Of a DNA stretch of 64,000 bases, positions 7,247 to 14,923 are shown piece after piece. Origin of the DNA: Pyrinomonadaceae bacterium (GTDB lineage: Bacteria; Acidobacteriota; Blastocatellia; Pyrinomonadales; Pyrinomonadaceae); NCBI GenBank assembly GCA_036009045.1, contig DASYML010000035.1, positions 1,066 through 65,065 of the forward strand, read 5' to 3'. Numbering within the stretch: the stretch's first letter is position 1; each line of letters begins with the position of its first letter. The notes under the pieces were generated by a model, which was not told the origin of the DNA, searched no databases, and saw nothing but the letters and a program-made list of their open reading frames with translations. The translations under genes were made by a program, and so were the position numbers.

Positions 7247-10200
7247 TCAAGCACGCCCGGTCCTTCCGGCGAGGGTGGCGACGACGGTCGTCAACTCCGT
7301 CGGCTCGACGGGCTTCGGGACGTGTATCTGAAATCCGGCGTTGAGTGCGCGGATGCGATCCTCTGTTCTGGCGTAGGCCGTCAACGCGACCGCCGGTATC
7401 TGCTTGCCGAGTTGCGACTCCATTGAGCGCACCCTGCCAATCAATTCGTAGCCGTCCTGATCCGGCATGCCTATGTCGCTCACAAGCACGTCCGGCCTGT
7501 GGCGCATGAGTTCCGCGAGGGCTTCCGCAGCGGATGACACGGCAATCACTTTCGCTCCGCACTGTTCGAGGATGGCTATCAACATGTCGCGCGTGTCCTG
7601 CTCGTCGTCAACCACCAGAATGCTCAAGCCTTCCAGATTCTGCTCGCCGCTATAGGGCACGACTCCGCCAACCGTCGGATGCACGCGCTTGAGTTCGCCG
7701 GAGTTACCATCCGAATTGCGAAAGACCATCAAAGGAAGTTGGACCGTAAACTTCGCCCCGCGCCCCTCTCCCTCGCTGAAGACCTCCACGGTCCCGCCAT
7801 GTAGCTCAACCAGATGCCGCACGATGGCGAGGCCCAGCCCAAGCCCGCCATGCACTCTCGTCATCGTCGGGTCCGCCTGCCGGAAACGGTCGAAGACGTA
7901 GGGCAGAAACTCTTGAGAGATGCCCTGTCCCGTGTCGCTCACGGATAACTCGACGTGCGAATTGACGCGTTCTAAACGGACCTCTACGTGTCCCTCTTTG
8001 GGCGTAAACTTGATGGCGTTGGCGAGCAGATTCCAGACGACCTGCTGCAAGCGGTCCGCGTCGCCCGCGATGTGCCCGGTCCTCGTGTCAAGGACCATGT
8101 GAAGCTTGATGCCCCTGGCGTCAGCCGCAGGACGCACGGCATCCACTGCGGCCTTGATGACCGGCTCAAACTCAATCGCGCGCACGTCCAGCCGCAGCTT
8201 GCCGGTAATCACGCGCGAGACATCGAGCAGGTCTTCGATGAGTTGGCGCTGCGTCTCCGCGTTGCGCATGATAATCTCGCGCGCTCTCTTGGCCGTCTCC
8301 TCGTCAAGCTGGTCGTCGTGCAACATTCTGCTCCAACCCAGCACGGCTGTCAGAGGCGTCCGCAGTTCGTGAGAGACGACCGCGAGAAATTCATCCTTCA
8401 TGCGGCTCGCCAACTGCGCCTCACGATAGAGCCTGGAATTTTCCACGGCCATCGCGCCGCGACGCGCGAGGTCTTCCGCGAAGGTCAGGTCCGCCTGCTC
8501 GTAGCGGCGACCCGATTCCGAATACACGAAGGTAATCACGCCGAGCACGCGTTCGTGGACCAACAGGGGAACGACCATCGCGGACTTGAGGCCCAACTCG
8601 CGCAGGATTCTCAAGTGCTCCGCATCGCGCGCGCCCATCATGAGCAAAGAGTCCGGTATCTCCCCGTGGATTTCCGATTGGCCCGTCCGAATGACTTTCG
8701 CCAGACCTTCAGTGTCGCTCATCTGCTGCGGGTAACGTTGTTCGAGTTCCCTCGCCAACTCCACCTTCGAGGCATCCTGATGGGCCACCGCGAGACGTTT
8801 AATCGAGCGGTCCTCGTCGAGTATGTCCACGGCGCACCAGTCCGCGAGGTGCGGGATCATCAAACGAGCGACGCTCGCCAGCGTGATTTCATAGTCCAGA
8901 GATGAAGCCAGCACTTCGCTCGCTTCGGCCAGAAAGGCAGAGCGCCGCTCCCCCAGTTCGGCCTGCGCGCGGGCCTTCTGCGCGGCGTCGAAGAGCCGCG
9001 CGTTGTCCACGGAGACGGCTGCCTGCGCCGCCAGTCCCTCAACGATGCGCTGCTCACGTTCCTTAAAGACACCGGCCTTCGGGTGGCCGAAGAAAAGCCC
9101 GCCGATGACTTCGCCCGAACGCGAGACGACGGGCACGGCCAGATAGCTCGTGACAGGCAGATGGCCCTCCGGCATGCCGTGATACGGCGACCACTTGCCA
9201 TAACGCGGGTCCTGCTTGACATCTTCAATGCGAATCGTTCCCTCGCCGCGAAAAGTTGGCCCAAAGAGGTCCGTCGCGCGCGGCATGGGGAAATGCTCGA
9301 ACGCCTCGCGCGGCACGCCCGACAGCGTGTAGAGCATGTACCAGCCGCCGCTCTGGTCCAGCACGTTATAGAAGAAGGAACCGAAGCGAGCGCCGCTCAA
9401 CTCCGTCGCGGCATCCGTCACGGCCTGGACCACTTGATGAACGTCCAGTTCCGCCGCGATGGTCTGCCCGACGCGGTTGACGGTCTCTATGGTCTGCGTC
9501 TGCTCGCGCAAATCCTCTTCGATCATCATGCGCCTGGTGATGTCCTCTGCGATGCCCGCCACGCGATAGACTTTTCCCGATTCATCCCTGATGGGAAAGG
9601 CTCTGGCCCAGATCCAGCGCGTCGAACCATCCGGGCGGATGATTCTATACTCGACGTTGTATGTGCCGGATTCCTGCTGGACCAATTCGTCATCTACACG
9701 TTCTCTATCATCCGGGTGAACGGCATCCATGAAAGACCTTGGCACAGCGTAGAGGCTCTCGCGCGAGCGGCCCCAAATCTCTTCATAGGCGGGGCTGACG
9801 TAAATCATCTCTTTGGTGTTGGCATCGGAAATCCAAAAGACCTCCTGTAGATTCTCCGCCAACTGGCGAAAGCGTCTCTCGGATTCCTGCAACTCCGCCT
9901 GAGCACGCTTGGCCCCCGTGATGTCTCGCGCGATGGCCGAAGCGCCTATGACCTCGCCCTCCCCGTTCTTGATGGGAGAGACCGAGAGGGAAATATCCAG
10001 ATGCCCGCCGTCTTTCTTGACACGGATGGTCTCGTAATGCTCTATGCGCTCGCCGCGCCTGAGTCTGTCGAGTATCCTGGGCAGTTCGTCAGGACGCCCC
10101 TGCGGGATTAACAGGTTGATGGGATGGCCGATGGTCTCCGCCGCCGTATAGCCGTAGAGCCGCTCCGCGCCTGAGTTCCAACTCGTGATAATGCCGTCCA

Positions 10201-10636
10201 GAGTCTTCCCTATAATCGCGTCGTCAGAGGATTCGACGATAGCGGCCAGCGCGAAATGCGCCCACTTCTCCTCCTGCAATGCCCTTCCGGCCTCCTCCGC
10301 GCGATGGCGTGCGCGGTGCATCGCCTCGCTCAGAAAAGCGCTCGTGAGACCGACCAGGAGATAGAGCGCCAACCCTGTGAGATACGGGACGCTGGTCAGC
10401 GAGTTTTGCGGCGCGACGAACAAAAAGACTGCGCCGAGGGCTCCGAGCAAGAGGGCCAGCACTGCCGGGCGCAAGCCCCCATACCAGGCCGTGAAGACGA
10501 CCGCGACGACATACATGACATAAGGTTGATTGTTTCCCAGGAAGGGCTGAAGCAGCATCCGCAGCAGCGTGGCGAGCAGGATGCTTGCGACCGCAACCCC
10601 GTAGTACAGCATGGTAGAGCGTGAAACCTTCAGCAT
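7247..10636 (-). CDS. Hybrid sensor histidine kinase (TM sensor, 2 PAS, 2 GAF, HisKA, HATPase_c, receiver)
   Basis: VVSHELRTPLTAV H-box. GLGLAIVRHLVELHGG ATP-binding block. C-terminal ILVVDDEQD...SDIGMPDQDG...PKP receiver. PAS and GAF blocks read by eye. Likely start is MLKVS at 10636; the track ORF extends to 10756. Confidence 0.9.
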   Translation of the reverse strand: MLKVSRSTMLYYGVAVASILLATLLRMLLQPFLGNNQPYVMYVVAVVFTAWYGGLRPAVLALLLGALGAVFLFVAPQNSLTSVPYLTGLALYLLVGLTSAFLSEAMHRARHRAEEAGRALQEEKWAHFALAAIVESSDDAIIGKTLDGIITSWNSGAERLYGYTAAETIGHPINLLIPQGRPDELPRILDRLRRGERIEHYETIRVKKDGGHLDISLSVSPIKNGEGEVIGASAIARDITGAKRAQAELQESERRFRQLAENLQEVFWISDANTKEMIYVSPAYEEIWGRSRESLYAVPRSFMDAVHPDDRERVDDELVQQESGTYNVEYRIIRPDGSTRWIWARAFPIRDESGKVYRVAGIAEDITRRMMIEEDLREQTQTIETVNRVGQTIAAELDVHQVVQAVTDAATELSGARFGSFFYNVLDQSGGWYMLYTLSGVPREAFEHFPMPRATDLFGPTFRGEGTIRIEDVKQDPRYGKWSPYHGMPEGHLPVTSYLAVPVVSRSGEVIGGLFFGHPKAGVFKEREQRIVEGLAAQAAVSVDNARLFDAAQKARAQAELGERRSAFLAEASEVLASSLDYEITLASVARLMIPHLADWCAVDILDEDRSIKRLAVAHQDASKVELARELEQRYPQQMSDTEGLAKVIRTGQSEIHGEIPDSLLMMGARDAEHLRILRELGLKSAMVVPLLVHERVLGVITFVYSESGRRYEQADLTFAEDLARRGAMAVENSRLYREAQLASRMKDEFLAVVSHELRTPLTAVLGWSRMLHDDQLDEETAKRAREIIMRNAETQRQLIEDLLDVSRVITGKLRLDVRAIEFEPVIKAAVDAVRPAADARGIKLHMVLDTRTGHIAGDADRLQQVVWNLLANAIKFTPKEGHVEVRLERVNSHVELSVSDTGQGISQEFLPYVFDRFRQADPTMTRVHGGLGLGLAIVRHLVELHGGTVEVFSEGEGRGAKFTVQLPLMVFRNSDGNSGELKRVHPTVGGVVPYSGEQNLEGLSILVVDDEQDTRDMLIAILEQCGAKVIAVSSAAEALAELMRHRPDVLVSDIGMPDQDGYELIGRVRSMESQLGKQIPAVALTAYARTEDRIRALNAGFQIHVPKPVEPTELTTVVATLAGRTGRA

Positions 10637-10903
10637 GTCCTGCTTTCTGCGTAACTTGGTCGAGCGCAGATGGCGATGGAACACTGTCAGAGCAGTGTGC
10701 GCTTTAGCGTCCGGGGGCAAGACGCTCCTGATTGGCCCATCAATTATGGTGAGCAAACAATAGCATGAAACTACAACCGATGAAAAACGGAATCTTCGCC
10801 GCGTGGCAGTTCAGGATAAAAGTGGAGCGGGAGACTCTTGATTGGGTGAGGGATAAGCCGTCAACAAGTGAGTCAATATGAGTTGAGCGAATACGAAAGG
10901 CGC

Positions 10904-11001
10904 ATTCACCACCGCAGACACAGAGCGCACAGAGTCAGCACAGAGGCTTGAATGCTTATCTCTGTGCTTAATCTGTGCGCTCTGTGTCTGCGGTGGTGAA
11001 T
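10904..11001. repeat. Family-A palindromic element (CACAGAG core), copy 1
   Basis: ATTCACCACCGCAGACACAGAGCGCACAGAG...CTCTGTGCGCTCTGTGTCTGCGGTGGTGAAT. Near-identical cores at 30320-30417, 47175-47275 and 58297-58393. The flanks are also conserved. Confidence 0.9.
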
Positions 11002-11249
11002 CACAAGGCCCCTGACACTCAAGGCCAATCTAAATCGCTACCCGAAAAGATTTTCTCTTGACTTCCCTTTTCGTTTGGCCCAGGCTCTCTCTCGGAAAGA
11101 GACAGGCAGGCATAGTCAAAAGACACGGGAGAGGCCTAGAGAGCCGTCAACATCCCTAAGCCCCCCTCCGTGTCCCCTGCGCCCGCGCCGGTGCCTTAAC
11201 ACCGGCCAGGCACACCCGAAAAAATCCGGCGTCCTCCGCACCCCGCGTC

Positions 11250-11477
11250 TCAGCCCGGCTTATCCTGCTTCTTCGCGGATGTGCCCGGACGCCTTCCCTT
11301 GCCGCGCTGGACGCTCATAACGGCATTCCCCGCGTCGTCCTTCCGAAAGACCATCTTATCGCCGGGACGGGCCTTCATATCACGCACCAGCGGCGATGGA
11401 ATCTTGCCGCGAACCGTGCCGTTATCATTCGTAATCTTCGCATAATAAACATCTGCCGATGCAGGAGTTCTAGCCAT
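11250..11477 (-). CDS. AbrB/SpoVT-like small DNA-binding protein (possible orphan antitoxin)
   Basis: 75 aa. GKIPSPLVRDMKARPGDKMVFRKDDAGNAVM resembles the looped-hinge-helix fold motif. No partner toxin ORF is visible downstream. Confidence 0.5.
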   Translation of the reverse strand: MARTPASADVYYAKITNDNGTVRGKIPSPLVRDMKARPGDKMVFRKDDAGNAVMSVQRGKGRRPGTSAKKQDKPG

Positions 11478-11693
11478 CGTTTCTCCTTCGTCACGCTAGA
11501 TTGGAAAAGCTTTCGTACAGACTTTGAGTAGAGACCGCCGCGCCCACCCAAACGCGGCGGTCCCTCCGGCACGGCGACGCTACCCCTGCCCCCTGAGGGT
11601 CGCCCTGCCTTATCCATTCCCTACGGCTCTGGCGAGACCGTCTTGCTGTCGCGCGGGCCACTCTCCCAAGGCGACGCTCGCTTGCAAACCCGC

Positions 11694-12406
11694 CTAGCGT
11701 TTGCGTGAAGTCGGAGGCGTTCTCTTTGGCAAAAGCTTCTTATGCCGTCCCTTGAGAATCGAGCCGAGCGACTGGTGCGTTAGCCCCAACCTTTTCGCCG
11801 CACGCGTCAACAGCCCGCGCTCCTCCTTCAAAGCCTGCTCGATGAGCCGCCCCTCGTAAGCCTGCACCGCATCGTGCAAGTAGAAATCCTGCTCCCCCAC
11901 CTGCGCCCCGAACAATCTACGCATGACGATTCGCGCGCACGCGCGCAGGCGCGCGAAGTCCTCCACATCCTCCGTCTTCGCCAGCAACCTGTCCGCGCGC
12001 CTGTACGCGTGATAGGCTTCGACTTCAGAGAGACCCTCCTTCCCATGCTCCTCAATCATCGCCAGCACCGCCAGCGCCGCACTGTCCACAGACCCCGCGT
12101 TCTCCGCGATATTTATCGCTCGCTGAAAATTACGGATTGACAGTTCATGCTCACCCAGCCTCGCGTGAACCGTCGCCTTCAACGTCAGCGCATTCGCCAG
12201 CAACCCCTGCTCCCCGCCCCCCTCAAGCGTATTGACAGCCTCGCCAATAATCTGCATGGCTTCTTTATAACGCCCTTCCGCCAGGAGAACTCTCGCACGC
12301 GTCTCATCCATCTGTGCAAGCAGACCCGCATCCTTCAGAACGCGGGTGTATCCCTTGTGAGATCAGGATTATTCGGTGGCCTTGATTTTGCGCCGTTTAA
12401 TCTCAT
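11694..12406 (-). pseudogene. Internally deleted paralog of the TPR/Fis-HTH regulator
   Basis: The 205-aa ORF 11694-12311 aligns with the C-terminal third of the 58-1400 gene (DETRARV..., YE..LI, TRAA..L..THQ.L..IL..RHK.LL). The conserved start context CTCACATGA sits at 12403-12411 (ATG 12406) but leads to a 23-codon ORF in another frame. Confidence 0.65.
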
Positions 12407-12430
12407 GTGAGGATGGCCTCTTTTTTGGGT

Positions 12431-12448
12431 ATGCAACGTTTGTTGCAT
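12431..12448. promoter_or_regulatory. ATGCAAC-gttt-GTTGCAT dyad (putative operator), 25 nt upstream of the remnant regulator ATG
   Basis: TGCAA-N6-TTGCA at 12432-12447. Same motif and same spacing to the start codon as 1425-1440. Confidence 0.5.
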
Positions 12449-12454
12449 AGACAT

Positions 12455-12487
12455 CAAAACCGCCACACCTTTATGCAGATGTGGCGG
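12455..12487 (-). terminator. Putative intrinsic terminator (minus strand)
   Basis: CCGCCACA (12460-12467) pairs with TGTGGCGG (12480-12487). On the minus strand the hairpin is followed by TTTTG. Confidence 0.5.
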
Positions 12488-12525
12488 CTGAGACATTTAC
12501 TTAACCTCATAAAAGGAAAAGACCG

Positions 12526-12721
12526 ATGCGTAAAACTGTTCTCATCTCCTGACTGGCAATCGGCACCAGCCCGTGCAGTACGCGTGGGCGAAATTCAGCA
12601 TGGAAACGTTGGCCCAACACCACCTCCCACGAGTGGCGAGAGACAAGACGGACAAGCGATTCGGTTAACGGCAATGACGGTTGCGTTTGAATTGTTGCGA
12701 GGCTTGCTGTCGCTGGCCTAA
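12526..12721 (+). pseudogene. Decayed homolog of the secreted-peptide gene
   Basis: RBS context ACCTCAtAAAAGGA...ATG resembles 1531-1556. The ATG 12526 frame stops after 8 codons. A shifted frame ends ...VGPTPPPTSGERQDGQAIRLTAMTVAFELLRGLLSLA*, which resembles the C-terminus of the 1554-1757 peptide (about 10 of 37 identical by hand alignment). Confidence 0.4.
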
Positions 12722-12844
12722 GCTAAACTGACACATTCAAGCACTGCTCTTGCTGCCTTGAGGTACTTCACGCGGCGGCACAGTTTCTTGACGCCCGCGC
12801 ATCATAGCAGGCTTTTTTTGCTGTGCGTAAAAAAAATTCAATTA

Positions 12845-12860
12845 TGCAAGGTTTATTGCA
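12845..12860. promoter_or_regulatory. Third TGCAA-N6-TTGCA dyad
   Basis: TGCAA-ggttta-TTGCA in the non-coding gap between the peptide remnant and the receiver genes. Confidence 0.4.
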
Positions 12861-12954
12861 TGTCCGGGCTGGCAGAGTGAAAACGAAGGGTTGAGCGGCG
12901 AGCCTGCGGAGCGCGCCAGGGGGCTTTCGTTTCGCGTTGACGGGGCGAAAAGCG

Positions 12955-13326
12955 TCAGCGGCGAAGATTGACGAGCGCTTCGACCGTTTGCACGAGAGAG
13001 ACGAAATCTCCGGGCTTGTTGAGATAAGCCTGCGCGCCTGTCGTTTTGCTGCGGTCGTGGCTGGAAAGATTCTCCGAGAGAAAGAGGACGGGCGTGTGCG
13101 GGTCCATCAGGCGCAGGCGCTCACAGAGCTCTATGCTCTGGCAATCTATGTAGCCGTCATTGAGTATGTAAAGGTCGAAGCGTTCTTCGGCGACTATGCG
13201 CAGGCAGTCGGCACAGGTCCGCACGATCTTGACTTCATATCCCTGCTGTCTGAGCATGAAGTTGATCAGGTCCGCTACGTCTTCGTGTTCTTCAACGCAT
13301 AAGATTCTTATCTTCTTCGGCTGCAT
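12955..13326 (-). CDS. Stand-alone receiver-domain protein, atypical (Asn at the expected phospho-Asp position)
   Basis: KIRILCVEEHED...FDLYILNDGY...VLFLSE...LNKP. Start MQPKK at 13326 chosen by analogy with the paralog; the track ORF extends to 13419. Confidence 0.75.
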   Translation of the reverse strand: MQPKKIRILCVEEHEDVADLINFMLRQQGYEVKIVRTCADCLRIVAEERFDLYILNDGYIDCQSIELCERLRLMDPHTPVLFLSENLSSHDRSKTTGAQAYLNKPGDFVSLVQTVEALVNLRR

Positions 13327-13443
13327 TCCGACACCCAGTGAGCGAATCCGGCGAGGGACGGCATCATCCGACGATCTTGGGGGATGGATTAAATTACTGA
13401 AACTTGAGGCGGTAGTCAATAGGTCAATTCGCCATCGCCGCGC

Positions 13444-13854
13444 TCAGCGTCTATCGAGGTCTGTCCGCGTGGCGTCGGTCGAGTAGGGTTTGAGCAGCGC
13501 CTTGATGGTTTGCGCGACCTGCAAAATATCTCCGGGCTTGGTCAGGTAAGCCTGCGCTCCGGCTTCCAGTCCTTCACGGATGTCTTTCTCGAAGCAGGCG
13601 GATGAGAAGAAGAGGATGGGGGTTTGCGGGTCCAGCGCACGCAGTTTCTTACAGAGTTCGATGCTGGTCCCGTCAGGGTAGCTGTCATCTAGCAGGTAGA
13701 GGTCGAAACGCTCGTGGCTCGCCAGTTCAAGACACTGGCCGATGCTGTTTCCGGTCTTCACCTCATGTCCCTGCCGTTCGAGCAGGAGGGTGATGAGAGA
13801 ACAGGTATCCTCGTGAGTTTCGGCGCATAAGATACGCCTTTTGTCTGGTGGCAT
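13444..13854 (-). CDS. Stand-alone receiver-domain protein (paralog of the preceding gene)
   Basis: RRILCAETHED...FDLYLLDDSYPDG...ILFFSS...LTKP. Confidence 0.8.
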   Translation of the reverse strand: MPPDKRRILCAETHEDTCSLITLLLERQGHEVKTGNSIGQCLELASHERFDLYLLDDSYPDGTSIELCKKLRALDPQTPILFFSSACFEKDIREGLEAGAQAYLTKPGDILQVAQTIKALLKPYSTDATRTDLDRR

Positions 13855-14002
13855 TGGGGGAACTCCTGCAACCTCAGACGTGGACTCGTCGGGTAAAGCC
13901 TCACAACTCGCCGCAGTTGAATGAATTTTTTAGCCGACACCAAACTATTAATCAAGATTCGGTGAGGAAATTTTACCTGGGCACGCTCTTCTTCAAATTA
14001 TT

Positions 14003-14090
14003 TGGAGCACGGGCGACAAAGTTCAACTTTAAGATCTTCTGCTCAAAGTAAGGATAGCACGAAACGGGAATTAAACCCGCAGTCCTGGGC
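14003..14090 (-). other. Two degenerate copies of a tRNA 3' half downstream of tRNA-Gly
   Basis: tggagcacgggcgacaaagttcaac (14003-14027) resembles tggagcgggcgacgggactcgaac of the tRNA. acgggaattaaacccgcagtcc (about 14061-14085) resembles acgggactcgaacccgcaaccc. Confidence 0.5.
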
Positions 14091-14100
14091 TAGAAATATT

Positions 14101-14175
<75 letters not shown>

Positions 14176-14286
14176 TCGCAAAGCAAAATTTGAAGGCTGA
14201 AAGGGAAACCGCCTCATCGCCGCGCCTTCATCACTGTCAAGACACTGCAAAGATAATCAACCTCACCGTCAGGTGTCAACGATAAT

Positions 14287-14382
14287 AGTCTCAAGTCTCA
14301 CGTCCCAGGTCCCAAGACCCAGGTCAAGAGGCGAAAGAGTTCAGTTCTTAACTTGGGACTTGAGACTTTGGACTTGGGACTT
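14287..14382. repeat. Heptamer-periodic hairpin (GTCYCAR units)
   Basis: agtctca agtctca cgtccca ggtccca ... tgggact tgagact ttggact tgggact. The right arm abuts or overlaps the kdsC stop codon. Confidence 0.75.
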
Positions 14383-14917
14383 ACTCCCCCGTGTACCGGC
14401 GCATCAGTTCGGTCCAGCGCCCTTGCGCCTTTAAGATTAATTCCGCGACTTCGCGGATTGCGCCGTAGCCGCCTGGGAGTCTGGTCACGAAGTGCGCGGC
14501 GGACTGCGTCTCTTCGCCAGCGTCCGCGACCGCGACCGCGAGGCCCACGCGCTTCATGAGAGGGATGTCCACCACGTCATCGCCGACGTAGGCGACCTCT
14601 GATTCTTCCGTCCCTGCTTCCAGAAGCACTTGCTCGAACTCTTTAATCTTATCCCACGTTCCCTGGTGCAGGTAGGTGATGGAGAGTTCGCGCGCGCGCC
14701 TTTCGACCGCGACCGAAGTGCGCCCGGAGATGATGCCGGAGCGCAGCCCCGCGCGATGTAAGAGGACCAACCCGTGACCGTCGCGCGTGTGAAAGGTCTT
14801 CTGCTCGTCGCTCTCGCCGAGGAGGGTGATGCGGCCATCCGTCAGCACGCCGTCGCAGTCCATCAACAGCAGTTTGATACGCGCCGCGCGCCGCATGACA
14901 TCCGTTAGCTCGCTCAT
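14381..14917 (-). CDS. kdsC: 3-deoxy-D-manno-octulosonate 8-phosphate phosphatase (HAD-IIIA)
   Basis: IKLLLMDCDGVLTDGRI...GDDVVDIP motifs. 178 aa. Confidence 0.88.
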   Translation of the reverse strand: MSELTDVMRRAARIKLLLMDCDGVLTDGRITLLGESDEQKTFHTRDGHGLVLLHRAGLRSGIISGRTSVAVERRARELSITYLHQGTWDKIKEFEQVLLEAGTEESEVAYVGDDVVDIPLMKRVGLAVAVADAGEETQSAAHFVTRLPGGYGAIREVAELILKAQGRWTELMRRYTGE

Positions 14918-14923
14918 GCGTTT

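Noticed and set aside
7988-9850. Plus-strand ORFs (7988-8905, 9083-9850) inside the sensor kinase gene
   Set aside because: Antisense to a gene with clear HisKA, HATPase, PAS and GAF blocks. Composition is biased to Arg, Asp and His.
11009-11249. Possible toxin partner or small RNA downstream of the AbrB-like gene
   Set aside because: No ORF of useful length on the minus strand and no recognisable RNA motif. It is partly the flank of the family-A repeat.
14176-14286. Promoter for tRNA-Gly (TTGACA...TATCTT on the minus strand)
   Set aside because: Plausible hexamers, but about 85 nt from the mature 5' end and with a second TTGACA nearby. Too ambiguous to annotate.
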